From contig NC_068981.1 of NCBI RefSeq assembly GCF_001194135.2, positions 58,246,035 through 58,309,482 on the forward strand: 63,448 nucleotides of DNA, given 5' to 3'. The notes below the pieces were generated by a model. It was given only the letters and a program-made list of their open reading frames with translations. It was not told the DNA's origin and did not search any database. Below, piece by piece: positions 11,994 through 24,414 of this stretch (positions within the stretch are counted from its first letter, which is position 1; every line of letters begins with the position of its first letter). Source of the DNA: Octopus bimaculoides (Eukaryota). A program made the translations under genes and the position numbers.

Positions 11994-12543
11994 TTATTAA
12001 TATTTCTAAGTCTCTCTAATGGAGACTACAGCAGCGGTACTGGAAATTAATAGTTATCGCCAAGCCANNNNNNNNNNNNNNNNNNNNNNNNNNNNNNNNN
12101 NNNNNNNNNNNNNNNNNNNNNNNNNNNNNNNNNNNNNNNNNNNNNNNNNNNNNNNNNNNNNNNNNNNNNNNNNNNNNNNNNNNNNNNNNNNNNNNNNNNN
12201 NNNNNNNNNNNNNNNNNNNNNNNNNNNNNNNNNNNNNNNNNNNNNNNNNNNNNNNNNNNNNNNNNNNNNNNNNNNNNNNNNNNNNNNNNNNNNNNNNNNN
12301 NNNNNNNNNNNNNNNNNNNNNNNNNNNNNNNNNNNNNNNNNNNNNNNNNNNNNNNNNNNNNNNNNNNNNNNNNNNNNNNNNNNNNNNNNNNNNNNNNNNN
12401 NNNNNNNNNNNNNNNNNNNNNNNNNNNNNNTAAAAATTATAATTGCATTTCTATGTCTTGTTTTTTATTCTTTTGTATTCTATAAAGAATGGTTCTATGG
12501 ATGTGGTCAACTTTTTTTTGATTGACTATCTGTCAGTTTTAAC
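11462..12543. repeat. ~227-bp diverged tandem duplication plus a near-identical 113-bp copy across an N gap
   Basis: GGTAAAGAGG at 11471 and 11698. 11844-11956 is repeated essentially identically at 12431-12543 after the gap. Confidence 0.85.
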
Positions 12544-14414
12544 TCCTGGAAGGAATGTCACAATTTTTTTTTGTTTGTTTTTTTTCCAATCCAGTAACAA
12601 GCAGCAGTATTTGATTCTAGAGTACACAAAGCTGAAACATCACATGGTCTACCACTAACAATTCTACCAATGCATCATCCTTGGTATTTCATCAGCCCCC
12701 AAAAAAGAAGAAAGGTAAAGCTAACTTCAGTGAATTGGAAGGACAAAGATTCAGCTGTCAGTTTTCTGGTTTACTTATCTCACTTGCTGACCTGCTTCCT
12801 TGGTTTAACCAGCTAGTTCCAAGAGATTTTACTGAAAATGAAATTTCACACAATACCAATGAATTAATAAAGATGTAAAAACCAATATTGATTCTAGTTT
12901 TAAATATGTTAGATACTTCCTCTTGACAATAAGCATACACAGAAGAGTTAGTGTATATTCCGAAGTGATATGTGAATGGCAGTTAACAATTACTACCAAA
13001 TATCTGTAATGCATTTGAACTTACAACTTTTCAGTTGGCAATCCCATTCCTATATCCAGCTAAGTTAAACTAAAAAAAAGACTAGCAACTATAGCTATAT
13101 ATCACAAAACATGTAATGTCAATTATATGACTAATTATCATAGGTGTTCTTCATTGCCCCTACCAAAAAAAGAAAGATAAAAATAACTTAGAGGTGAATG
13201 TTTTAGCTAGACGGGGTTTTTTTAAAAAATTTTTTTCTTAGTCTAGCGCAAAAGGGCTCCATCTATCACCATTGCAGTCCATCTTAGACTGATGAGATTA
13301 ATGTCATCAACATTCTTCCTGAACATTTGCAAATCAACAGGTGTAGGGAAACTCGGTATAGTGGTTGGCATTGGTAGCAGAGATGGCAAAGAGGTTGCTG
13401 ATGTATTTGGAGAATATGTAAAACACCAAAGTTAAGAGTGAAGGACATTAACACTCTGTGATGATACAATCTGACAGAAAACTAAGAGATGGATAGAGGC
13501 AATAGGTATACAATTTTGTAAAGAGATTTTCCAGACATAATTGAAAGCTTACTGATGCTGAGGATGACAACAGTGTTTTAACCAAATTACTTGAAAATGA
13601 GATTTCATTGGCATGTGATATAACAGAGAATGTCTCCAGTAAATCTGATTTTACAAAAAGCTATATTGGTGCTCACTAAGTGAGATATTCAAAGTTGATG
13701 GTATCACTGAATTATTTTCACAAGTGTCAGGATAAATCCCTATAAACAGAGAGAAACTGAAGAGTTTATTAGAATTAGGGATTATTTCTGGAGTACACTG
13801 AGGGTAATAGGAGGGACTTTGTCCAGATAGCTGGCCTTGGTAGTTTAAAGTGACCAGAGATGTTTTACTTAGTATACATATAGAGTGTTAGGTGAACATG
13901 AATGGGATAATTTTGGAGATTTACCTAGTGTGTGCAGTGTGGAGTTGGAAGTGAAGAGGACAGCAAATTTAGAGGTTTCCTTCACAGGAATTCTGTTTAC
14001 AGGAGGAAGAGTTCACAATATTAGTACAGATTATTTTAACGAGAGGCCAAAAGGTCTGGCTGTAGTTTTTGAGGTGAAAGAGTTAGCATGATACATGGAA
14101 GTATCTTTCATGGTTTGGATGATGGTTTTACAGGGGCTTCAGTCACTAAGAAAAATACTATCCAATTTGTAGGAGTTGGTAATTTTTTCTCAACATTGTA
14201 GGCTGTGTTCTTTGCATGAACTGCTGCAGCACATTTGAGTAAACAACTTAGGAGACTTGGGACTATGAGTTTTGGTTGTGTATGGAATGTGGAGGAATGC
14301 CTATGAGAATGGTTTCTATTCATATCTGTACTCGGTCTGCTTAGGAGATTGTTGTGTCCTAGCATATGTGCTGCTTCTTTTAGTTTTCATATTTTCCAAT
14401 GGTGTTCTCTGTCT

Positions 14415-14686
14415 ATTATGGCATAGTGGTTAAGAGTGCGGACTACTAACCCCAAGATTCCGAGTTCGATTCCAGGGAGTGACCTGAATAATAATAATAA
14501 CAACAACAACATTGAAAAATACCTTAAGAATGAGAACCCAGGTTTGAAATTTCCCCAAGCCACCTGTTGAAGGCTGGAGGGTATATCAGCTGAAACATTG
14601 TGTTAAATACAATCAAGGTGAAGAAAAATATCCATCAAATGTAAATAATATACATAATTCCTCATCTCTTAAATATAGAACTGTAT
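14415..14686 (+). mobile_element. tRNA-headed SINE-like element fused to a hammerhead-ribozyme module
   Basis: A box TGGCATAGTGG 14419-14429, B box GTTCGATTCC 14464-14473, (AAT)n(AAC)n linker, hammerhead-like fold 14561-14602. Confidence 0.75.
14561..14602 (+). ncRNA. Type I minimal hammerhead ribozyme, mutated in this copy
   Basis: CAC-CTGTTGA-A-GGCTG-gagggtatat-CAGCT-GAAAC-ATT-GTG. Stem I CAC/GTG, stem II GGCTG/CAGCT, core differs from CUGANGA at A6. Undoing two CpG transitions gives CAGCC-GAAAC-GTT. Confidence 0.65.
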
Positions 14687-15457
14687 TCTGTATTAGTTGT
14701 ATGAGTATCAGATGAGTGCAAGAACTAAGAAAGTTAGTGAGTTGTGAAGTCACTGAAAACAATAGGTTCAGAGAAGGGTGAAGTGATATAGATATCTTCA
14801 ACAATGGAAGAGACGGTGGTTGGAGGAGTTGTGATAGAAGAAGTAGATGCATTTTGAAGAGTGGTGGAAGGATATTTTGAGCTAGAAGAATTGATAGTCC
14901 CCATTGCTGATATCCTGATGAGCAAGTAATAAGAGTGGAATTGATATCTGTTCAGACACTATACAGATTTAAATATAGTCAGCACAACAGAAATAGATTA
15001 TGACTAAGCATTGAAAAATGCATATCCCAGAGAAGAATAGGATATGTGGTTTGTATGTTAGCAAGAGATAACATGTGAGGTCTATATTAAATTGGAGTCC
15101 ATGGATATTAAGGGAGAACTATCCATTGGGTTTAGTTTTAGGCATCATGGAAAGTGCAGAATGTGTTGGTGTACCATGCAGTCACATATTTAACATTAGA
15201 TTAACTTTTAAACTGTATCTGTCACACATTGTTATATCTGAATCAGTGTGCAGCAATAATGAGAGATAGGTTTAAACCTCCATTTCAGTGTAAACAATGT
15301 TCTAGTTGCAATCACCAAGCCATGAGAAAACTTGAACTTAAGCTAATGAAACACTTATAAGTTATGAAATGCTCCTGATTTCCACAACAGTAAACTATCT
15401 GTGTTACTAAAAAGGTGTCCCATAAGTAATGTTGTTAACTGCTGCCATACCATCAAG

Positions 15458-15669
15458 ATCATCATCATCATCATCGTTTAACGTCCGCTTTCCATGCTAG
15501 CATGGGTTGGACGATTTGACTGAGGACTGGTGAAACCAGGTGGCTACACCAGGCTCCAATCTGATTTGGAAGAGTTTCTACAGCTGGATGCCCTTCCTAA
15601 TGCCAACCACTCAGAGAGTGTGGTGGGTGCTTTTATGTGTCACCCGCACGAAGGCCAGTCAGGTGGTAC
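15458..15669 (-). mobile_element. RTE 3' UTR fragment
   Basis: (ATC)n + CGTTTAACGTCCGCTTTCCATGCTAGCATGGG..., reverse complement of 70-226. Confidence 0.9.
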
Positions 15670-15779
15670 TAATGAGCAAAAGTTAAGCAGCATGATTATG
15701 GTTACAATGGTGTGTGTGTGTGTGTCTCTTTGTCTACATTTATTGTCCCAGTTATTACTTAAGTAATTTGATAAAACTT

Positions 15780-16910
15780 AGAGACAACTACAACAGAAGT
15801 CCTCAGCTAAGAGTAAACCACTGTACCTCATGTTAGTTGATCTGGAGAAGATTCCACACTCACACTCACACTGTAGTTTAGTGATCCCCAAGAGAACTAA
15901 ATGCACATAAATGGCTCATGAGCATTGTGCCAGTTTGAGTATAGAGATGCCATCAGCAAGGTAAGAGTTGACAATGAGTTCAGAGGCAAACTTAGCATGC
16001 AAGTAGGAGAGCATCAAGGCTCATTTACTAGGTCCCTACAGTTTATTGGAACATAAAGAGAAGCATAAGACCAAGTGTTCATGGGAACTCTTGTATGCTG
16101 ATGACCTAATTCTCAGTTGAATGTGTAGAAGATTTAAAGAAGAAATTCAAAACCTAGCAAAATCTACACTTAAAGTAAACCTAGCAAAGACAGAAGTTTT
16201 ACATAGTAGGAAAGAAGATAAAGCCCAACTGCCAGCAGACAAATTGCCAGGTTCGATATGCAGAAAATGAGTAGGTAGAAATTTCATACAAATGTCTAAT
16301 GTAAAACATAAATGCACAAGTGGCATAGGATCACAAGCAGGCTGTGAAAGAAGAGAGAAAGAGTGGGGGGAGGTAGATTTCGTATGTGGGAAATGCATAA
16401 GAGCAGTTAGAGTATATATGAAATACATTCCTTCTAATGCCCAGAAGACTCTTCAGAAGTTGTTGATAGATCTTACTAATCTAATTAGTAGTGGCGATAT
16501 CTGATTAGTAGTGGAGATGCTCTGAAAATATAGCTACAAAAGTAAAAACAAGATGGAAAGAGGTCAGGAAGTTATTACCTTTGTGTGAAACAAAGAGTTT
16601 TTCTTTGAGAGTGAAAGCTAAACTGTATGATGGTTATGTATGGAGCATGATATTGCATGACAGTGAAAGATGAGCCTTGAAAGCAGAGATTTTGTAACTG
16701 CTAGAAAGAAGTAAGTATTCTATGAACGAGCACAAATGAGCTAAGAAAAATATCTTGATACAAGGGGGATTAAATGTAGTGAGCAAGAGAGAAGACTATA
16801 CTGATACAGGCAAGTGATGTATATTGTGAATGTTACTTGCATAAAGATGTGCCTAGTGCTTCAAATGATTGGAACCTGTAAAAGAGATCTTAGAAGACAT
16901 GGGAAGTGAG
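15780..16910 (+). mobile_element. Old RTE copy (main family), decayed
   Basis: WELLYADDL (GGGAACTCTTGTATGCTGATGACCTA), remnants of the Cys cluster and the AKLYDG region; homologous to 61160-62385. Confidence 0.8.
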
Positions 16911-17128
16911 GAAGACTGATTTCAAGAGTCCAAACTTAAATATTCTGGTGAAGCTACTATATTCCACCCTTCTCTTCTCTTTGTTACCTTCTCTCCCTTC
17001 ACTGTACTTCCCTAACAGCACTAACTGCCATCATGCTGCCTATGTAACAAGAGATGGGACAATGTCTGTATTCGATCCCTCTATTACCATTCTTATTTAT
17101 TGCTAACCATCTCCGTCTCTCTCATATA

Positions 17129-17720
17129 TATTGGGTCATCCCATAAATAATGCGGTTTTTTACACTTCTTTTATTTTTCAAGATTAAGTTAAGCAAGGTT
17201 CTTTTTTTACCTAAAAAACTCCTTTTTCTACAATGCTCTCCCATCTATCTGGTAGATTTGCAAGGCCCCTCTTCCAAAATTCACTTGTCTGTGATGAAAA
17301 ATACTCCTCCAGTACTGTTCTGGCCTCATCTATAGAAATCATATTATTTCTGTCCAAATAATTTTGAAGACTGGGGAATAAATGATAATCAGATGGAGCA
17401 ATGTCTGGTGAATACGGTGGGTGCAAATATGCAAAGCTTTTCTCAGGTTTAAAATGTGACATTGTTTTTGTTATATCTACATTCCACACACAAATACATA
17501 AAAACAGAACACGCTCACACAAGAACAAACAAGCACACACACACACACATACACACAAGCACAAACATACACACACAAGAATGAGCACATGCATACACAG
17601 ACGTATATCCATTTACTTCTTCTTCCACTTTGACACATCAAACAGAACAAGCACGCACAGACAGCTCCATGCCAAACTATCACTCATTGGTTGATGATTG
17701 AAAATTAACCAATAAAATGC
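17129..17720 (-). mobile_element. Mariner (DD34D) transposon, internally deleted, with terminal inverted repeat
   Basis: HPPYSPDIAPSDYHLFPSLQNYL...FWKRGLANLPDRWESIVE in ORF 17211-17612. TA-TTGGGTCATCCCATAAATAATGCGGTTTTT terminus at 17129-17160. The 5' remnant near 17600-17720 is tentative. Confidence 0.85.
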
Positions 17721-17759
17721 AATTACCACACAAACAGCCATGGCCCCCTTATACTTTTA

Positions 17760-18140
17760 TTCACAACCTAGGCATATATTGTCAGACACACAGTAGACTC
17801 GACTATAACATCCTGTTGTCGGTCACAGCGTGCCTGACAGATATCCATCTTTTTTTGCTACTTATCACTCATATATTACTCCGACTACTGACATCCATTC
17901 TCTTGCTCACGTTACTTCATCACCCTAACCTCGCTTCTACCACACTCTTACCACTGTTATTCTATTTAATCTCCTTACCAACAACCAACATGTAGCTGTA
18001 TATAAATGACTTTCATTACTCCTTCCTCTATTAGCCACTTACTCCTATGACAGTTTCTCCCATTTTACTTGTTCTTCTATCACCCATTCACCGATTCTCT
18101 CTTCAATTCAATCTTGGATTCTCTCACTTTTATTAACTCT
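17760..18140 (+). repeat. Old CT-rich interspersed repeat, homologous (inverted) to 60060-60700
   Basis: TTCTATTTAATCTCCTTACCAACAACCAACATGT here versus TTCTATTCAATCTCCTTACCAACAAACTTCATGT on the minus strand near 60170-60210, plus a second collinear match. Confidence 0.55.
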
Positions 18141-18845
18141 CTTAGTTTGTAAACTTCAACAAACAGAGATAGTATAGGGTCAAGAAGATTATTAGTTTCA
18201 CTGAAGACAAGCCAACTTCACTTGTGTTGGTATGATGATAAAATGTATCATGTACACTTTGCAAAATAATTACCATTAGGAAGGGCAGATAGCAATAGAA
18301 ATTATGCCAAAAAATGGAATGTATGGTAAGAGACTAGTAACTCTAAGAATTTACTCAGACCATGTTCACCTGTTCAATCCAAGTATGGAAAAATCATAAT
18401 GATGATGATGAAAACTGATTTCTTCAAAGTAAGATGGATGAAGCAGTAAATTGGTAAGGAGAAGTAGGTATAATATTGGGCTACTTCATGTGTTTTCACT
18501 TCAGATCTACTGTGTTTAGTTAAGTATTTGAACATTACATTTATTTTACACACCTCAGTTTACCTAAACTGATGGAAATATTTATTAAATGTTCAGTAAA
18601 ATGTTCATTCAGTAAATTGACATCATATCCAGAGGAAAGTTTGTCTTTGATCTGTTTAACACATTTAGTAACTCCTCGGAATGGGTTGTGGTTAACCAAT
18701 GTAATTTTATTGCCTTTCTAGTGTGCGTTTGGGAACTACTCAAGGGAAACATTTAACTATATTAATCTCACCAGTCCTGGCAGTGGGGGGGGCTATTTTA
18801 CCAGGTCAAACTAATACAAAGAAGTTCTGATTTGCTGGCTAAACT

Positions 18846-19130
18846 CATCATCATCATCATCATCATCACTTAACATCCGTTTTCCATGCTGGCATGGGCT
18901 GAACAGTTTGACTGGAGCTAGCAAGCCAGACAGCTGTACCAGAATCTATTATCTGCTTTGGCATATTTTCTATGGCTGGATGCCCTTCCTAATACTAACC
19001 ACTATACAGAATGTACAGAGTGCTTTTTATGTGGCACCAATACCAGTGGGGTTGCCAAGTAACATACAAGACAAAGACCCTTTGGTTGGGAGAGAGTGTG
19101 GTATTGAGGGAGGTGGCTTTGTTCTAGTGT
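18846..19130 (-). mobile_element. Diverged RTE 3' UTR fragment
   Basis: (ATC)n + AACATCCGTTTTCCATGCTGGCATGGG...GGCTGGATGCCCTTCCTAAT. Confidence 0.8.
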
Positions 19131-19275
19131 GCTGGTTGAGAGATTAAACTGTTTGGTTTATATATATATCTGAGTGTAATCATGTTGTTTGAGTTAGAAG
19201 ACTACATCTACAAAAGATGGCACTGTATTTTGTTGGCTAACAAGACAAAGGGTAGAATTTATAACAGATATTAAT

Positions 19276-19900
19276 GGTGCAGCTATAACTGTGTGGTAAG
19301 AAGCTTGCTTTGCAAGCTGCCAGAAATGTTAGCATGCCGGGCGAAATGCTTAGCAGTATTTCGTCTGCCACTACGTTCTGAGTTCAAATTCCACCGAAGT
19401 CAACTTCGCTTTTCATCCTTTCAGGGTCGATTAAATAAATACCAGTTACACACTGGGGTCGATATAATCGACTTAATCCGTTTGTCTGTCCTTGTTTGTC
19501 CCCTCTGTGTGTAGCCCCTTGTGGGCAGTAAAGAAATAAGAAGCTTGCTTTGCTTCTTAGTTACATGGTTCTGGGTTCAGTCCCACAGCATAGCACCTTG
19601 AGCAAGTGTCTTCCACAATCGCCTTAGACCGACCAAAGGCTTGAGTGGATTTGGTAGACAGAAACCGAAAGAAGCCTATCGTATGTGTGTATGTGTGTGT
19701 GTGTGTGTGTGTATTTATCCCCCACCACTGCTTCATAACTGGTGCTGGTGTGCTTACATCCCCATAACTTAGCAGTTCAGCAAAAGAGACCGAGGACTAA
19801 GTATCAGGCTTAAAAAAAGTATTGGGGTCAATTCATTTAACTAAAAGATTCTCCAAGGTGGTGCCCCAGCATGGCTGCAGACTAATGATTACATCAAGTA
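19276..19900 (+). mobile_element. SINE family 1 interrupted by a family 2 SINE
   Basis: Head at 19276-19313 resumes at 19554; 3' tail near 19860-19900. Confidence 0.85.
19314..19536 (+). mobile_element. SINE family 2 (Meta-domain-like core), 5'-truncated, with 17-bp TSD
   Basis: GTTCAAATTCC B box, GCTTTTCATCCTTTCAGGGTCGATTAAATAAATACCAG core. TAAGAAGCTTGCTTTGC is duplicated at 19297-19313 and 19537-19553. The domain name is from memory. Confidence 0.85.
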
Positions 19901-20199
19901 AAAGAAATAAAATTGATAACATTAATAGTTTGAAACCTGTTCCTTTATATCGTGTTTCATACCAATCTTCATTAACTAAGAGTTTATTGACTTTTTAGTT
20001 GCCAAAAGTTGACACATACCAATCATGAAGTTGCTAATTCCATCAAGGAACTTAAATATGATCTACACGCAGTTTAAAGTTTCTAAAACTGAGCTAAATA
20101 GGAAGATTCGGCAAAACAAATAAATGAATAGATAAAAACACATCAACAAACATAATAAACACAATTGTCATGCAAAAAATTGTTTGAATAGCACAAATG

Positions 20200-23100
20200 T
20201 CCAGTACTCCTTTGTTTCATAGCCATTATCAAAACCTCTCTTGGAAAATTTTCCACCAATAGCTTTGTTAGCTATGCAAGTAAAGTTAATTGGGAGTGTT
20301 GATGTTTCAGACTACGTGACCTATCAGATGGCCTATTCAAATACTAGATTTTTATCTGTGGATTACAATCAACAAATTATACTGAAATTCAAACACATTT
20401 TATCAACAATAGAGACCTCTTGAAATTACACTAAAAGCAATGACAAATATGTGTCAATGCATAATCAACCTGAAGCAAGAATCAATGATGCCTAAGAAAA
20501 CCGATAAGCCAGTTATATTTAAATGATAACAGAATAAACAAAAGTAGATCTTCTTCATCTACAAAAATCAAACAAACTGAACCAATTCGCCAAAATCATC
20601 TGCATACTGGCAGTGTGAAAAGTGGTATTTATAAAATTTTACCTGTGCAACAATTGCTAATAAAAGACAAGAGTATAATAATTTTCATTGCTTTAAAGGT
20701 CAACATGAATAAACAAAGTAACTAAGCACATCAGCAAAATACAAGACCACCAACAATTTAGTCAGAAATGCAGATGGATAAGGACTGTAGTATTTCAATA
20801 ATTCTTAATCATTTGAATAAGTAAGGATTCATGACACAAAACTATGCCTTAAACCCTTGTGGAAAGGGCTAAATTAAAGGATACAAAAGGATTATCTGAA
20901 AAGCTGTTAAGTTAGTCCTCCAAATTCAGTCTTTTATTGAGAAGCCAAAAAGAAAGTTTACAAATCACACCATAACAATCCTGGTATAAGTAAACATCAA
21001 TATGTGATCTATGACAAACAATTCTCTACCAGAATAGGCTTTCTTGTCACAGAACATAAATAAACAATCCTCTTCTGTTTTTTTTTTTCCCTGCTTTCCC
21101 TGTTTCCTATTTATTTTGTTAGTTCTATATAATATTGCCAGAGGAACTATCATATCATATTTCTTCGTTAAGTTTTGAGTGAAACAAAACCTCAATTGGT
21201 AAAAATATCACACAAGTACTTTGGGATAAGTTTATAACCCTGAACTTCCAGGTTCAATCCCTGGAGAAGTAACATGGGAACACCTAATCAAATCAAAAGT
21301 AGAAACTATGTTTTCTCATAGCAATCAGCAGAAGTGATGCCAATACCCACGTTCATTTTGGCAAGTTGATGAATATTAATGTTTGGTTACAGCCAGCTGT
21401 TTGGGGAATTGCTCCTTTTGTAGAATATTATCTGATGTAATTTACAAAATACCAACTTTAGTTTAAAGGAAGGGTAATTTAATTTATTAAAAGATCAAAC
21501 TAAAATAAGAAAGATTATTTTGAAACTATTCCTTTAATATCATTCTGTATGTTGAAAAGATATATTGCATAAATCATGAGATACTTTATTCTGGATGCGT
21601 CAATAATCTAAAAGATAACTGCAAATGTACAAAATCATTCTTGGTCTGTTTAAAGAGACAACACAAAAGCAAAAACAAATAGCATTGAAAGGGAATTATT
21701 TTCTCAACTGTAACAACTAAAAGTATCAATATGAACTACAATGATTCTAGGTCTCTCTTCTAGTCACTGGTTCAAAGAAATGCTCAGTTTCTGTCTATGT
21801 TCAGCTCTCTATTTCTGTTTTTCTGCTCATTAGCATCTGTTTGTACCATGCTGAATCTTGCTCTCAGAGAGAGAGACATCTTTTAGCTTCTGTATTTTTC
21901 ATTTCTGAAATTATCATTTTCTTATCTTTTTTCTTATTAAATCATTCACCATCAATCTATGAAAGAGGGATGGTATATTCCTCTCCAGTAACTTATAATA
22001 CAGATAAAAATCCCACTAGAATGGTTACTGAGCTTTTGGTTGATTGACTTTTAAGTTTGTTTTACTAAAAATTAAGTCACATGTAGCAAAGGAATATCAT
22101 TATTGCCTCCTCCATAATCACAATAGACACTAATTTATCTTTTCTGATGTCTGTGAACAAAGCAACTAAAATTTCTAAAAACGTTACTATATCTTCATCA
22201 AGGACGTCTATATTGCCTATCAGATACCTAAATAGAGGTATTAGATTATTCACATAAGATTGGATACTTATGAGGTTTTCCATCCACTTCCCTGCTAATA
22301 GTTAATACCTTCACTACTTTCTAGAATTATTACATAGGCAAAATAATTCCTATCTACAATACTTATTGTTTCTTTTTGATCAATTTAGGAGCTACATCTT
22401 TAATTTACACAATACATATGCCTACTTTTTTTTATATTTTTAATACCCTAGCTTCTTCATAAGTTGTTCAATCTAATTGCTGGCTTTTCATGAAACAATA
22501 AATATGTTGTATAGTTTCATAAAAAATAAAATTGCTAAGTAATTAAAAGGTAATTTTAATTAAATAGACAGATGAATATTAATGGTTGATTAGATCATTA
22601 ATGGGATTTTAAATTTCTAAAATTTACATTAACATTTGCTGAAACTAAAAAAAAAGGATAAAAAGAAATAGAAGAATTTTGTATATATATATCTATATAA
22701 TACGTTTAAATTTCTGTGAAATCAGATCAGTTAAAAGATCTATTCTAGACAGGATTTTTTTAATACTATCTTTAAAACGATCAACAATATTTATAACAAT
22801 AAGTTATGCATTTACATTGGATCGCCTATATTTTTGCAATATTTTAGCTTTCAATTAATTTCTTTCTTAAATCGTTTACATTTTGTAACCAATATTTCTA
22901 AAAAAAAAAAAAACTGATAAGTTTAAAATCTTACATTTAACAACGTTAATCACTGATAAATATTAATTTAAAAAGATCATGTCTAACAATTTTAATATTT
23001 GTTTAAAAAAATTACACCGTGTTAAATTTAGTAATTTATCAAATCAGTTTATAAACAGCTGCTTTTGAAAATTAGATATTTCTAATATCAATTGTATGTA

Positions 23101-24330
23101 TATAGTTGTAGCTTGGCTTCTGAATATTGATTCAAAAGGTTATGAATTTAATCATCAAAGTATTATGATCACGTGTTTTTCCTCAACTAACCAAATTAAA
23201 GAAATTATAAAGAACTACTACCTCTTGCAATTAGTATCAACAGAATGATGGTACTGATATATATATGGTTTGTATATGTGTGTGTCATCATAGACAGAAT
23301 TTACTGAAACATTTTCAATGGTTGGATGTCCTTCCTGTCATATATTACTTAAATTTCATTTATGAGAAGGTAAATAGGTAAGTTGCCCAACCTTCACAGT
23401 AATTGTAACAAATTGAAAGTTCATCAAGTTTGCAACTTATTTAATTCCTTGTTTTCAATGACCAGTTAGATATTTTTAAAATTTTAGATGAGGAAAAGTA
23501 ATAAAATATTGATAAGTGGCACTAGGGTAATGGAAGCCAAAAGAAAAAAGAATATTTAAAAACTTCAAATTACCAAGGAACATTAAAATATCTCACACAA
23601 TTAGTCTCATATTTTGTATTTCAATTCAATTTACACATGTTGATAAATCCAATATCTAACCATCATCAAATATTCTGAATGTAGACTGTCTCAGAGTGGA
23701 TTTAAATTCTGAGCATTTACTTCTAAAAAATGCACACTGTGTGCATGCATGAGAGTGATTTTCTTTACAAATAAAATTTCAAGTTCAAATTTAGCTAGGA
23801 ATATTTTATGTATTCAATACATCCAATGGTGTTTGGAAACCAAATTGTTCTAAACAAGAGGCAAATTGAAACACAAATACTGAGATGAAATACTCCAGGA
23901 AACTGTATATCATAATTAGTCTCAGAAGTCAACTCAAGAAACATTGCCAGAGTAATACTTATGAGACTAAGAGAAGTCTGCACACACTCCATTTGCTCAA
24001 AATAGCAAGTCAGATCTCTCTTGAATAAAAACTCTACTATCTCAAACAAGGAAGGCCACATTGAAAAACATTGTCCAAGATATACTGAAAAAAAAACAAA
24101 AACCTAGGTGGTCATGGCTGAAATATTTCTAACTAGAGGTTTTGATCACTCAACTTTTACTTGGAACTAAACAACAAGAAAAGTAATATGCAATATGAAC
24201 AGAGCTCATTGAGATTCTATATTCCCTCAAACTGAACTTCTAAAATATATGATACTATTTTGGTATATATGTTTGAAAAGATAATCAAAAGTGCTTCTTT
24301 CACAAAGGTTAGTGACATTCTAATAAAGTA
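20200..24330 (-). pseudogene. KIAA0825: KIAA0825-like pseudogene, downstream tandem copy (N-terminal to middle part)
   Basis: Collinear motif matches to human KIAA0825 as recalled: IFSNIYTKI~IFSDIDEKI (24256-24283), TLAMFLELTSETNYDIQFP~TLDLLWDLSCHSSVSFP (~23895-23955), VLDEDIVTFLEIL~VIKEDFNTLCEIL (~22165-22205), ILQKEQFPKQLAV~ILQQEQNERSSAV (21388-21441), KKYDMIVPLAILYR~EKLDTMLPLALACR (~21124-21170). In-frame stops lie between them. Confidence 0.6.
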
Positions 24331-24414
24331 TTTATAACTCTAAAAAACATTTTTTAAACCTTTTTTTTATACTTAATAAAACTGTATCAAGTAATTTTCA
24401 NNNNNNNNNNATAT

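Larger units (their letters stand above)
13250..14930 (-). other. Decayed Ser/Thr/Pro-rich coding-like stretch split by a SINE (identity unknown)
   Basis: Minus-strand fragments SSSSKYPSTTLQNASTSSITTPPTTVSS and TSATSLPSLLPMPTTIPSFPTPVDLQMFRKNVDD. Multiple stops in all frames; no family recognised. Confidence 0.3.

Noticed and set aside
14415-14480. tRNA gene
   Set aside because: A and B boxes are present but no complete cloverleaf or acceptor stem; it is a SINE head. The same holds for the other SINE heads.
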